Shown: positions 1 to 9,689, counted from the first letter of the stretch. The stretch is DNA of 64,000 nt from Escherichia coli (GCF_030013205.1 NZ_CP122648.1), one strand, 5' to 3'. Notes: generated by a model not told the origin, from the sequence alone. A program made the numbers and translations.

Positions 1-1269
1 TTAACGCTGGGATTCAGCGGCGTGCTTGCTGCGCTGATTGCCTGCTGGATTAAAATCAAACCTGCCGCCTCGCGCCTGCGCAGTGTTCTTTTCCGTGGAG
101 CCAATATTCTGGTTTCTGTACTGCTGATTTTGCTGGTCGCCGCACTGTTTTATAAAGACTACGCCTCATTGTTCCGCAACAACAAAGAGCTGGTGAAGTC
201 CTTAAGCCCCTCTAATAGCATTGTTGCCAGCTGGTCATGGTACTCCCATCAGCGACTGGCAAATCTGCCGCTGGTGCGAATTGGAGAAGACGCGCACCGC
301 AACCCATTAATGCAGAACGAGACACGTAAAAATTTGACCATCCTGATTGTCGGCGAAACCTCGCGGGCGGAGAACTTCTCCCTCAACGGCTACCCGCGTG
401 AAACTAACCCGCGGTTGGCGAAAGATAACGTGGTCTATTTCCCTAATACCGCATCTTGCGGCACGGCAACGGCAGTTTCAGTACCGTGCATGTTCTCGGA
501 TATGCCGCGTGAGCACTACAAAGAAGAGCTGGCACAGCACCAGGAAGGCGTGCTGGATATCATTCAGCGAGCGGGCATCAACGTGCTGTGGAATGACAAC
601 GATGGCGGCTGTAAAGGTGCCTGCGACCGCGTGCCTCACCAGAACGTCACCGCGCTGAATCTGCCTGGTCAGTGCATCAACGGCGAATGCTATGACGAAG
701 TGCTGTTTCACGGGCTGGAAGAGTACATCAATAACCTGCAGGGTGATGGCGTGATTGTCTTACACACCATCGGCAGCCACGGTCCGACCTATTACAACCG
801 CTATCCGCCGCAGTTCAGGAAATTTACCCCTACCTGCGACACTAACGAGATCCAGACCTGTACCAAAGAGCAACTGGTGAACACTTACGACAACACGTTG
901 GTTTACGTCGACTATATTGTTGATAAAGCGATTAATCTGCTGAAAGAACATCAGGATAAATTCACCACCAGCCTGGTTTATCTTTCTGACCACGGTGAGT
1001 CGTTAGGTGAAAATGGCATCTATCTGCACGGTCTGCCTTATGCCATCGCCCCGGATAGCCAAAAACAGGTACCAATGCTGCTGTGGCTGTCGGAGGATTA
1101 TCAAAAACGGTATCAGGTTGACCAGAACTGCCTGCAAAAACAGGCGCAAACGCAACACTATTCACAAGATAATTTATTCTCCACGCTATTGGGATTAACT
1201 GGCGTTGAGACGAAGTATTACCAGGCTGCGGATGATATTCTGCAAACTTGCAGGAGAGTGAGTGAATGA
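1..1269 (+). CDS. eptA: Phosphoethanolamine transferase EptA (PmrC), C-terminal ~422 codons; 5' end outside window
   Basis: In-frame ORF from window edge to TGA 1267-1269; translation has sulfatase-like motifs ([27 protein letters not shown]) matching EptA; stop overlaps basR ATG (ATGA), conserved eptA-basRS arrangement. Confidence 0.9.
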   Translation, partial: LTLGFSGVLAALIACWIKIKPAASRLRSVLFRGANILVSVLLILLVAALFYKDYASLFRNNKELVKSLSPSNSIVASWSWYSHQRLANLPLVRIGEDAHRNPLMQNETRKNLTILIVGETSRAENFSLNGYPRETNPRLAKDNVVYFPNTASCGTATAVSVPCMFSDMPREHYKEELAQHQEGVLDIIQRAGINVLWNDNDGGCKGACDRVPHQNVTALNLPGQCINGECYDEVLFHGLEEYINNLQGDGVIVLHTIGSHGPTYYNRYPPQFRKFTPTCDTNEIQTCTKEQLVNTYDNTLVYVDYIVDKAINLLKEHQDKFTTSLVYLSDHGESLGENGIYLHGLPYAIAPDSQKQVPMLLWLSEDYQKRYQVDQNCLQKQAQTQHYSQDNLFSTLLGLTGVETKYYQAADDILQTCRRVSE

Positions 1270-1934
1270 AAATTCTGATTGTTGAAGACGATACGCTGTT
1301 ATTGCAGGGATTGATTCTGGCGGCGCAAACCGAAGGCTACGCGTGCGATGGCGTGACAACCGCGCGGATGGCGGAACAAAGCCTTGAGGCCGGTCATTAC
1401 AGCCTGGTGGTACTGGATTTAGGGTTACCCGACGAAGATGGACTGCATTTTCTCGCCCGTATCCGGCAGAAAAAATACACCCTGCCGGTACTGATCCTCA
1501 CCGCTCGCGATACGCTGACCGACAAAATCGCCGGGCTGGATGTCGGTGCCGATGACTATCTGGTGAAGCCTTTTGCGCTGGAAGAGTTACACGCCCGTAT
1601 CCGCGCCCTGCTACGACGCCATAATAATCAGGGCGAAAGTGAGCTGATTGTTGGCAATCTGACGCTGAATATGGGTCGCCGTCAGGTATGGATGGGCGGT
1701 GAAGAGTTGATTCTGACGCCCAAAGAATATGCTCTGCTGTCACGGTTAATGCTCAAAGCAGGCAGTCCGGTGCATCGGGAAATTCTCTACAACGACATCT
1801 ATAACTGGGACAATGAACCCTCGACTAACACCCTGGAAGTGCATATCCACAATCTGCGCGACAAAGTGGGCAAAGCCCGTATCCGCACCGTGCGCGGATT
1901 TGGCTATATGCTGGTCGCGAATGAGGAAAACTAA
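1266..1934 (+). CDS. basR: Response regulator BasR/PmrA (OmpR family)
   Basis: 222-aa [19 protein letters not shown]..., receiver domain plus winged-helix; ATG 1266 overlaps eptA stop. Confidence 0.95.
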   Translation: MKILIVEDDTLLLQGLILAAQTEGYACDGVTTARMAEQSLEAGHYSLVVLDLGLPDEDGLHFLARIRQKKYTLPVLILTARDTLTDKIAGLDVGADDYLVKPFALEELHARIRALLRRHNNQGESELIVGNLTLNMGRRQVWMGGEELILTPKEYALLSRLMLKAGSPVHREILYNDIYNWDNEPSTNTLEVHIHNLRDKVGKARIRTVRGFGYMLVANEEN

Positions 1935-1943
1935 TTGAATCTG

Positions 1944-3035
1944 ATGCGTTTTCTGCGCCGACCAATATCGCTGCGCCAACGGCTGATATTGACCATTGGG
2001 GCCATTTTGTTGGTGTTTGAGCTGATCAGCGTCTTCTGGCTATGGCATGAAAGTACCGAGCAGATTCAGCTGTTTGAGCAGGCGCTACGCGACAATCGCA
2101 ACAACGATCGCCACATCATGCGTGAGATCCGCGAGGCGGTCGCCAGCCTGATCGTCCCCGGCGTCTTTATGGTCAGCCTGACGCTATTTATCTGCTATCA
2201 GGCGGTACGCCGCATCACCCGCCCGCTGGCGGAGCTGCAAAAAGAGCTGGAAGCGCGCACCGCCGACAACTTAACGCCCATTGCCATTCACAGCGCCACC
2301 CTCGAAATCGAAGCGGTGGTTTCGGCGTTAAACGATCTGGTCAGTCGCCTGACCAACACGCTGGATAACGAAAGGTTGTTTACCGCTGACGTCGCGCACG
2401 AACTGCGAACGCCACTGGCGGGGGTGCGTTTGCATCTGGAACTGCTGGCGAAAACGCATCACATTGATGTAGCACCGTTAGTGGCACGGCTTGATCAGAT
2501 GATGGAGAGCGTCTCCCAGCTGCTGCAACTGGCGCGTGCCGGACAGTCATTTTCTTCCGGTAATTATCAACATGTAAAACTGCTGGAAGATGTCATTCTC
2601 CCCTCGTATGACGAACTCAGTACCATGCTCGACCAGCGACAGCAAACCCTGCTATTGCCAGAGAGCGCCGCCGACATCACCGTTCAGGGTGATGCAACCC
2701 TGCTGCGGATGTTATTGCGAAACCTGGTAGAAAACGCCCATCGTTACAGCCCGCAAGGCAGCAACATTATGATTAAGCTGCAAGAAGATGGCGGAGCGGT
2801 CATGGCTGTTGAAGATGAAGGACCGGGTATTGATGAGAGTAAATGCGGGGAGTTGAGTAAAGCATTTGTACGTATGGACAGCCGTTATGGCGGGATTGGT
2901 CTGGGGTTAAGTATTGTCAGCCGCATTACACAGTTGCATCACGGGCAGTTTTTCCTGCAAAACCGGCAAGAGACTTCCGGCACGCGGGCCTGGGTACGGC
3001 TGAAGAAAGATCAGTACGTGGCAAACCAGATATAA
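1944..3035 (+). CDS. basS: Sensor histidine kinase BasS/PmrB
   Basis: ORF ending at TAA 3033-3035 with H-box (ADVAHELRTPLAG) and ATPase motifs; ATG at 1944 gives 363 aa; an upstream in-frame TTG at 1935 is an alternative start. Confidence 0.9.
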   Translation: MRFLRRPISLRQRLILTIGAILLVFELISVFWLWHESTEQIQLFEQALRDNRNNDRHIMREIREAVASLIVPGVFMVSLTLFICYQAVRRITRPLAELQKELEARTADNLTPIAIHSATLEIEAVVSALNDLVSRLTNTLDNERLFTADVAHELRTPLAGVRLHLELLAKTHHIDVAPLVARLDQMMESVSQLLQLARAGQSFSSGNYQHVKLLEDVILPSYDELSTMLDQRQQTLLLPESAADITVQGDATLLRMLLRNLVENAHRYSPQGSNIMIKLQEDGGAVMAVEDEGPGIDESKCGELSKAFVRMDSRYGGIGLGLSIVSRITQLHHGQFFLQNRQETSGTRAWVRLKKDQYVANQI

Positions 3036-3100
3036 AGAAAGCTGCTGACCACCAGCACGCTGAACACGGTAGTTAAACTTTCATAAACACGGTTTTTCAT
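3011..3100 (-). CDS. pmrR: Small membrane protein PmrR (29 aa), antisense-overlapping basS 3' end
   Basis: Reverse complement of 3011-3100 translates MKNRVYESLTTVFSVLVVSSFLYIWFATY*; GGAGG 8 nt upstream of ATG; not in the supplied ORF track (too short); overlaps last 25 nt of basS on opposite strand. Confidence 0.8.
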   Translation of the reverse strand: MKNRVYESLTTVFSVLVVSSFLYIWFATY

Positions 3101-3104
3101 TGCA

Positions 3105-3130
3105 CTCTCCTCCGTTAACCTGGAGGAGAG
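3105..3130 (-). other. Perfect 9-bp-stem hairpin (ctctcctcc-N8-ggaggagag) containing the pmrR Shine-Dalgarno
   Basis: Inverted repeat read directly from sequence; 3' arm on minus strand includes GGAGG located 8 nt before pmrR ATG; no U-tract follows on either strand. Confidence 0.6.
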
Positions 3131-3144
3131 TATGCGCGTCAGAG

Positions 3145-3161
3145 ATTAAGTGAACCTTAAG
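3145..3161 (-). promoter_or_regulatory. PmrA-box-like direct repeat (CTTAAG-N5-CTTAAT on minus strand) upstream of pmrR
   Basis: Hexamer direct repeat separated by 5 bp matches YTTAAK-N5-YTTAAK PmrA/BasR consensus; lies between proP stop and pmrR start. Confidence 0.55.
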
Positions 3162-3170
3162 ACTTCAATT

Positions 3171-3199
3171 GGCCTGATAAGACAGCGTCACATCAGGCC
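3171..3199. repeat. REP-like palindromic element downstream of proP
   Basis: ggcctgataagacagcgtcacatcaggcc, typical REP palindrome (GCCTGATAAGAC...CATCAGGC). Confidence 0.5.
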
Positions 3200-3211
3200 A
3201 TCCGTTTCAGC

Positions 3212-4714
3212 TTATTCATCAATTCGCGGATGTTGCTGCACCAGGCGAGTACGTTTCGCCTGCAAATCGGCAATCTCGTGGTCAATATCATCGATTTTCT
3301 GCTCGATATTATCGTAATGCTCGACGAGAATTTCCTTCGCTTCCTGTATATCTGACGCCGCCGGTGTCGCACCTTTCAACGGACGATTCGCCGTCTCTTT
3401 CATGGTTACGCCGGTGATTAAACCAACCACCGCCACTACCATCAGGTAATAGGCAGGCATCATCAAATTCTGCGAGCTTTCGACCAGCCAGGCCGCCAGC
3501 GTTGGCGTCAGACCGGCAACCAGCACCGAAATATTAAATGCCGCCGCCAGCGCGCTGTAACGGATATGCGTCGGGAACATCGCTGGCAAGGTAGAGGCCA
3601 TAACGCCCGTAAAGCAGTTAAGGATCACCGCCAGCATCAGTAACCCGGCAAAAATCAGGCCGATGACGTTACTGTTAATCAGAATAAACGCCGGGATCGC
3701 CAACACAAACAGTGCAACACTACCAAGTAGCACAAACGGACGACGGCCAAAACGGTCACTCAGCAAGCCCATCACCGGCTGGACAAACAGCATACCGATC
3801 ATAATGGCGATAATAATCAGCACCCCGTGGTCTTCGGAGTAATGCAGGTTATGCGACAAATAACTCGGCATATAGGTCAGCAACATGTAGTAAGTCACGT
3901 TGGTGGCAATTACCAGACCAATACATGTCAACAGGCTGCGCCAGTATTTAGTGGCAATCTCTTTAAACGAGACTTTCGGGCCATCCTGCAAACCTTCGCG
4001 GTCGCCCTGCTCCAGTTTATCAACATGCTGCTGGAACGCCGGAGTCTCTTCCAGCGCATGGCGCAGGTAAAGCCCGATAATCCCTAACGGCAGAGCAATA
4101 AAGAACGGAATACGCCAGCCCCAGTCGAGGAAGTTCGCTTCGCCGACAATGGTCGAAATTAACACCACCACGCCCGCACCCAGCACAAACCCGGCAATAG
4201 AACCGAAGTCCAGCCAGCTGCCCATAAAGCCACGTTTACGGTCAGGGGAGTATTCCGCAACAAATATCGACGCCCCGGTATATTCACCGCCGACCGAGAA
4301 ACCTTGTGCCATCTTACAGATCAACAGCAGAATCGGTGCCCAAATACCAATCGTGTCGTAGGACGGTATTAAGCCAATACAGAACGTACTGATCGACATA
4401 ATCACAATAGTGATAGCGAGGATCTTCTGGCGACCATATTTATCGCCCAACATACCAAAGAAGAGTCCACCAAGCGGTCGAATCAGAAAGGGAACGGAGA
4501 AAGTGGCAAGTGCAGCAACCATCTGCACGCTGGGGTCAGCCCCCGGGAAAAAAACTTTACCTAATGCGTAAGCAACAAAACCATAAACACCAAAATCGAA
4601 CCATTCCATTGCATTACCCAGTGATGCTGCGGTAATGGCTTTACGCAGTTTACCGTCATCAATAATAGTGACATCACGAAGGGTAATTGGTTTTACTTTT
4701 TTCCTTTTCAGCAT
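3212..4714 (-). CDS. proP: Proline/glycine betaine:H+ symporter ProP (MFS)
   Basis: ORF 3212-4747 minus; protein matches ProP including C-terminal coiled-coil (...DIDHEIADLQAKRTRLVQQHPRIDE); start placed at internal ATG 4714 (MLKRKKVKPITL...) giving 500 aa. Confidence 0.93.
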   Translation of the reverse strand: MLKRKKVKPITLRDVTIIDDGKLRKAITAASLGNAMEWFDFGVYGFVAYALGKVFFPGADPSVQMVAALATFSVPFLIRPLGGLFFGMLGDKYGRQKILAITIVIMSISTFCIGLIPSYDTIGIWAPILLLICKMAQGFSVGGEYTGASIFVAEYSPDRKRGFMGSWLDFGSIAGFVLGAGVVVLISTIVGEANFLDWGWRIPFFIALPLGIIGLYLRHALEETPAFQQHVDKLEQGDREGLQDGPKVSFKEIATKYWRSLLTCIGLVIATNVTYYMLLTYMPSYLSHNLHYSEDHGVLIIIAIMIGMLFVQPVMGLLSDRFGRRPFVLLGSVALFVLAIPAFILINSNVIGLIFAGLLMLAVILNCFTGVMASTLPAMFPTHIRYSALAAAFNISVLVAGLTPTLAAWLVESSQNLMMPAYYLMVVAVVGLITGVTMKETANRPLKGATPAASDIQEAKEILVEHYDNIEQKIDDIDHEIADLQAKRTRLVQQHPRIDE

Positions 4715-4977
4715 AGCTTTCCTCGCAGAGTTGGCCCATTTCCGCAAACGCCAGAAAAATCAGCGCGACGGCCGCAAAAGGGGAGCGGGAATTGCAGGAT
4801 GCAATCTCTGTAACAAGCGTAGCGGGTTTGCTTACACCCTCCGGTTAAGGAATGTACAATCAAACCAGTTGACGCCTGAATTGGGCAGTTAATGACCTTT
4901 TTACCCTACCAGTGTTTAAATTTGTGATCAACTTCACACATGGATTTCGTTTAGGACTCATTGATGTAACTGATTAT

Positions 4978-5856
4978 TTACACCAAATTTACAGAGAAGA
5001 TTTCCTCGACCATTGCCCCCGCCAGACGCTGCGCTGAACAGAGTCGTGGCATCCCCAGCGCGACAGTTTGCCAGCGTTGGGTCACTGACCAGCAAACGGG
5101 TTGTTTATCTGCCGTGGTCCACTTTCCCAGCCAACTTAAAAAATCAGCATGATCCCCGCCCGTCGGAATGGTCGAAGAGGCAAACCACTGATGGTAATAG
5201 TGACGCGTGGTCGGTGCCGCATTGATACTCTCTGCCAGATGTTGTGTCGCTTTCTCGCGCAAATCACCCAGCAACAACGCCACCGCTTGCGGGCTTCCCA
5301 GACGGCAGGCATCGCCAAATGCCCCCCAGCGCAACTCCTCCAGAACGATAAAACAGCGCCCAGGCAACGACCAGGCGTTATACGCCCCAGCACGCCAGCG
5401 GGTAAAAATTTGCTCGCTCTGATCACCTGCCTGCACCAGTAGGCCTCGTTGCGTTAACGCCTTTTCCTTCCAGCGACAACGGGCTGAAAACCACTCATAC
5501 AAGGCGGCAATTTGCTGGGGGAGCTCCGGGAAAGCAGAGTGCTGGCGGTGATCCATTTTTTGCAGCAGCGCCAGATGTTGCGCGATCTGCGTCAGCGCCA
5601 GATGACCGGGATCCAGCATCGACGCCAGTTTTTCCACCAATGTCAGACGCAGGCTAAGCGGCGCATTTAACATCCCGCCGTTCGTCCATGCCTGAAGCTG
5701 CACACGCGCAAGAAGTTCCTGCATCAGTCGTTCACGAAACTGCTGCTGATGGGCTTGTGGATGGCGGGCATCATCGCCCTGCGCCAGATCCACTAAAAAG
5801 CGCGGATGAACCGACTCCAGCACGCGACCGGGGCCGTCCAGTAACGTCTTGATCAA
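4978..5856 (-). CDS. yjcZ: Uncharacterized protein YjcZ (292 aa), co-transcribed downstream of crfC
   Basis: 292-aa ORF; start overlaps crfC stop (ATGA-type coupling at 5853-5856). Confidence 0.85.
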   Translation of the reverse strand: MIKTLLDGPGRVLESVHPRFLVDLAQGDDARHPQAHQQQFRERLMQELLARVQLQAWTNGGMLNAPLSLRLTLVEKLASMLDPGHLALTQIAQHLALLQKMDHRQHSAFPELPQQIAALYEWFSARCRWKEKALTQRGLLVQAGDQSEQIFTRWRAGAYNAWSLPGRCFIVLEELRWGAFGDACRLGSPQAVALLLGDLREKATQHLAESINAAPTTRHYYHQWFASSTIPTGGDHADFLSWLGKWTTADKQPVCWSVTQRWQTVALGMPRLCSAQRLAGAMVEEIFSVNLV

Positions 5857-8081
5857 TATCGTTCTGCCGTGAAAAGTGTTTGAATATCATCGCGTAACAG
5901 CTGAGCGTCGATGTAAATCCAGCTGTGAGTCATCACAGCCTGCTGCAATTGCTGCTGCATCAGCCTGACCACCGATTCATTTTGTTGACGCAGAGCCAGG
6001 CTTTCGCGTAAACGCGTCTGTAATTCCGTCAAACATGAAGCGAACTCAGCGAAAAAAGTATTCATGCCTGCCGTAACAGATTCATCGACCTGCTCTGCCA
6101 AAACTTTAGCCATTTGTTGGCAATAAAGATCGACTTCTGCGCTTAATGCTCGTTGCAACACACTGTAATCAACCGTCTCTGTCGGGGATTTCTCATTTCC
6201 CCGTCCCCAGTCGGGCTGATTCAACCAGCGCGAAAAAGTCTCACGCACAACGCCTAAACGCGTGCTCTGCTCGTCCGTTGCTTCCTGGCGCGAAATGACT
6301 TCACTGAACAGCTGGCGAGTGTTGAAGTGGGGAACTGCGCCGTGAAAAACAGGAAAATGAAACCCAGGACGAAACCCTGACTCGCTCAATTCCATTTTGA
6401 TTTGTTGCTCAATGGGGCGAATAACATCGGTTAACACCCGGCAAAGGGTGGATTCCAGCTCGGCAAAACGCAGCGTAAAGTCGCGACTGATGGTGTTCTG
6501 CGCCGTCTGTAACAGTGTCTCACAGCGGGTACGAATCTCGCTTAACGGCTCCGAATCATCCTGAAACAAGGCGGCAAACTGCGCATTCAGCGCATCTTGC
6601 TGTTGACGCAGAAAGTGGTTGGCGGAGGTCAGGGCCAGCTCGATTTCATGTTTAATCTCGCCGCTCACCTGCGCCTGATTGAGTTGCAATAGCTGCAAAC
6701 TTTCTTCGACCTGATGGATATTTTGCCGCAATTGTTCACAAGCGACGTTTAACCCGTGCGCACGAAAATCCAGGTATTCCCGCGCCTGCTGCGCGTAATT
6801 CAACAGTTTATGCACGGCAGATCGCAGAGCATACAACGAGGCGTTAGCGTAAGCGGCATGAAGCAACGCCTGAATTGGCTGGGCGAACAGCGAATCTTCC
6901 CACAACTGATCGGCAGCATGACGAATATGTTCGAGGTCAGCCAGATCGGCATGACGCCAGCGCCTGCCGAGCGCGGCATGGGCAAAATCTTCCACCCAGC
7001 GTTGTTGCTCTGGCGGTGGTAACTTACCGTTGTTGGCTAACTCATGGCGCGCCCGATTCGCCAGGTAGCCCCACATCGACGACACCGGAAATATCTGCTG
7101 TGGCGTAATACAGCCTTTCATCAGCGTCCCGGAAATCAGTGCCCGCACCTGGTCGGCGTCGTCACTGTTACGATCCTGTTGATCGAACTTATTGACCAGC
7201 ACATACAGCGGCACCGATTGCCCCACCGCCAAAATCGCCTCACGGACCTCTTCATCGGAGATCGATTTCAGTTGCGTATAATCCAGCACCGCCAGTACCG
7301 CCGAGGCGCGTGCCAGCTGCTGGTTAAGCATTTTTTGCAGATGCGGTTGCCCGGCTTCATTTGGCCCGGGGGTATCCAGTAACGTCAATTGACCGGGATA
7401 ACTCTCCAGCCCCGCCAGATGGACAAACTCCACTTCAATCACGGGAATATGCTCAATGGCGGCGTAAGCAGAAAAAGGAAAATCGACGTCCAGCGCCTTC
7501 GCCAGTCGCACCAAATCATTCAAACTTTTCAGACAATGAAAAATAGGCTGGGCACCCAGATAATATTTTTCGAAAGCGACGCCATTTTCGATCCGCTGCA
7601 TAAGCGCACGCATATCTTTATCTATTTCCAGCACATCGGTCAGATGCTTAATATCGCAATCACGCAGGCGCTGTTGTAATTTTTGAATTAAACAATCGAT
7701 TGGCGCGACATGTGAAAAATGCAGTACCGGTTCCTTTTGCCCGGGCGTATGGCGAATAAGCGTCGGCAGCGCAGTCATTGGGCGATTACGATTAGGCAAA
7801 ACCTCCGTACCAACAATGGCATTAATGGTGGTTGATTTCCCTGCTTTCATGGTACCGACAATCGCCAGCACCATTTCCAGTCGGGAAATTTTACGCAACT
7901 CATTATTCAGCATCGCGTGACGTTCGGCGATATTAGGCTGACTCCAGGGTAAAGCCAGTTGTGGCGCATCGTCTCCGGGGACAGAGAGAGGCATTTTTTC
8001 CAGTAACTGCAACTGTTGGCGAGAAAGCTGTAACAGGCGTTCAGCCTCCTGACTTAACTCATACAGGGTCTGTGTGTACAT
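5853..8081 (-). CDS. crfC: Dynamin-like GTPase CrfC (YjdA)
   Basis: ORF 5853-8123 minus; P-loop GTPase motif (GTMKAGKSTTINAIVG); true start taken as ATG at 8079-8081 (MYTQTLYELSQ...) giving 742 aa, preceded by AAGGAAG; the track's further 14 codons upstream run into IS1. Confidence 0.9.
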   Translation of the reverse strand: MYTQTLYELSQEAERLLQLSRQQLQLLEKMPLSVPGDDAPQLALPWSQPNIAERHAMLNNELRKISRLEMVLAIVGTMKAGKSTTINAIVGTEVLPNRNRPMTALPTLIRHTPGQKEPVLHFSHVAPIDCLIQKLQQRLRDCDIKHLTDVLEIDKDMRALMQRIENGVAFEKYYLGAQPIFHCLKSLNDLVRLAKALDVDFPFSAYAAIEHIPVIEVEFVHLAGLESYPGQLTLLDTPGPNEAGQPHLQKMLNQQLARASAVLAVLDYTQLKSISDEEVREAILAVGQSVPLYVLVNKFDQQDRNSDDADQVRALISGTLMKGCITPQQIFPVSSMWGYLANRARHELANNGKLPPPEQQRWVEDFAHAALGRRWRHADLADLEHIRHAADQLWEDSLFAQPIQALLHAAYANASLYALRSAVHKLLNYAQQAREYLDFRAHGLNVACEQLRQNIHQVEESLQLLQLNQAQVSGEIKHEIELALTSANHFLRQQQDALNAQFAALFQDDSEPLSEIRTRCETLLQTAQNTISRDFTLRFAELESTLCRVLTDVIRPIEQQIKMELSESGFRPGFHFPVFHGAVPHFNTRQLFSEVISRQEATDEQSTRLGVVRETFSRWLNQPDWGRGNEKSPTETVDYSVLQRALSAEVDLYCQQMAKVLAEQVDESVTAGMNTFFAEFASCLTELQTRLRESLALRQQNESVVRLMQQQLQQAVMTHSWIYIDAQLLRDDIQTLFTAERY

Positions 8082-8164
8082 AGAAAATTCTTCCTTAAAG
8101 CAAATTTTGGGTGATGCTGCCAACTTACTGATTTAGTGTATGATGGTGTTTTTGAGGTGCTCCA

Positions 8165-8440
8165 GTGGCTTCTGTTTCTATCAGCTGTCCCTCCTGTTCA
8201 GCTACTGACGGGGTGGTGCGTAACGGCAAAAGCACCGCCGGACATCAGCGCTATCTCTGCTCTCACTGCCGTAAAACATGGCAACTACAGTTCACTTACG
8301 CCGCCTCTCAGCCCGGTACGCACCAGAAAATCATTGATATGGCCATGAATGGCGTCGGATGTCGCGCCAGTGCACGCATTATTGGCGTTGGCCTCAACAC
8401 GATTTTCCGCCACTTAAAAAACTCAGGCCGCAGTCGGTAA
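8165..8440 (+). CDS. insA: IS1 InsA (transposition inhibitor / N-terminal part of transposase)
   Basis: 91-aa [46 protein letters not shown]... (zinc finger plus HTH), a few substitutions relative to the K-12 IS1 InsA I recall. Confidence 0.92.
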   Translation: MASVSISCPSCSATDGVVRNGKSTAGHQRYLCSHCRKTWQLQFTYAASQPGTHQKIIDMAMNGVGCRASARIIGVGLNTIFRHLKNSGRSR

Positions 8441-8862
8441 CCTCGCGCATACAACCGGGCAGTGATGTGATTGTCTGCGCTGAAATGGACGAACAGTGGG
8501 GCTACGTCGGTGCTAAATCACGTCAGCGCTGGCTGTTTTACGCGTATGACAGGATGCGGAGGACGGTTGTGGCGCACGTCTTCGGTGAACGCACTCTGGC
8601 CACACTGGAGCGTCTTCTGAGCCTGCTGTCGGCCTTTGAGGTCGTGGTATGGATGACGGATGGCTGGCCGCTGTATGAATCACGCCTGAAGGGAAAGCTG
8701 CACGTTATCAGCAAGCGTTATACTCAGCGCATTGAGCGGCATAACCTGAATCTGAGACAACATCTGGCAAGGCTGGGACGGAAGTCACTGTCGTTCTCAA
8801 AATCGGTGGAGCTGCATGACAAGGTCATCGGGCATTATCTGAACATAAAACACTATCAGTAA
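8359..8862 (+). CDS. insB: IS1 InsB reading frame (expressed as InsAB' transposase by -1 frameshift at A6C motif)
   Basis: 167-aa ORF in -1 frame relative to insA; ...WPQHDF...[44 protein letters not shown]...; slippery TTAAAAAACTC at ~8414-8424 inside overlap. Confidence 0.88.
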   Translation: MSRQCTHYWRWPQHDFPPLKKLRPQSVTSRIQPGSDVIVCAEMDEQWGYVGAKSRQRWLFYAYDRMRRTVVAHVFGERTLATLERLLSLLSAFEVVVWMTDGWPLYESRLKGKLHVISKRYTQRIERHNLNLRQHLARLGRKSLSFSKSVELHDKVIGHYLNIKHYQ

Positions 8863-9259
8863 GTTGGAGTCATTACCCAAATTTTGTTACTTTTATTTAG
8901 CCAGATTGTTTTTGAGTTCTGTTTTCGGCTTTTATAATTACTGCAAGAAATAATTTTATATTTAGAGTGTTGTTTTTTATTAGAATAAATAACGTCTTCC
9001 GATACGTTTAAAACGTCAGAAAGATAAAAATATCATTTGAATTAAAAAAAGAACAAGTAGAGCATTAACCTTATCTTAAATAATAAATGGAGGCAAAAAG
9101 ATTATTTTCTTTTTGCGTTTCCTTTCAAATGAAAACGATCGTCGTCTAAAATCAGCAGTACCCCCGACAAACTCAGGGATTTTGTGTATAATTGCGGCCT
9201 TTTTCGGCAATCTGCCGTTTTTTGGCGCTTTTGCCCTGCTGACTTTTGAGGAAATCCAC

Positions 9260-9595
9260 ATGTCATTACCACACTGCCCAAAATGCAACTCCGAATACAC
9301 CTACGAAGATAACGGCATGTACATCTGCCCGGAATGTGCCTACGAATGGAACGACGCAGAACCTGCACAGGAAAGCGACGAGCTGATCGTTAAAGATGCT
9401 AACGGCAATCTGCTGGCTGACGGCGACAGCGTTACCATCATTAAAGATCTGAAGGTGAAAGGTAGCTCTTCGATGCTGAAAATTGGCACCAAAGTGAAAA
9501 ACATCCGCCTGGTTGAAGGCGACCATAACATCGATTGCAAAATCGACGGTTTTGGTCCGATGAAACTGAAATCTGAGTTTGTGAAAAAGAACTGA
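9260..9595 (+). CDS. yjdM: Zinc-ribbon protein YjdM (PhnA)
   Basis: 111-aa protein [30 protein letters not shown]... with GAGG 10 nt upstream of ATG 9260; track ORF 9113-9595 is a 5' extension. Confidence 0.9.
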
Positions 9596-9613
9596 TTGTA
9601 TTGTGATCGGTAA

Positions 9614-9689
9614 GCCGGATAAGGCGCTCGCGCCGCATCCGGCAACGATGCCGACTGCCTGATGCGACGCTGACCGCGTCTTATCAGGC
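9614..9689. repeat. Pair of REP elements (BIME-like) between yjdM and yjdN
   Basis: gccggataaggcgctcgcgccgcatccggc and gcctgatgcgacgctgaccgcgtcttatcaggc, canonical REP palindromes in opposite orientation. Confidence 0.65.

Larger units (their letters stand above)
8110..8877 (+). mobile_element. IS1: Insertion sequence IS1 (768 bp, complete, variant isoform) with 9-bp target-site duplication
   Basis: Starts GGTGATGCTGCCAACTTACTGAT and ends ...AAGTTGGAGTCATTACC (imperfect terminal inverted repeats of IS1); contains insA and insB with A6C frameshift motif; flanked by identical 9-bp direct repeats caaattttg at 8101-8109 and 8878-8886. Confidence 0.95.

Noticed and set aside
3105-3130. Hairpin considered as intrinsic terminator of proP
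   Set aside because: No U-tract follows on either strand; reported as a structured element rather than a terminator.
8082-8123. Track ORF extends crfC by 14 codons (MAASPKICFKEEFS) into the left end of IS1
   Set aside because: The extension crosses the IS1 boundary and the known CrfC N-terminus (MYTQTLYELSQ) begins at the internal ATG 8081 with its own RBS; extension is a six-frame artifact.
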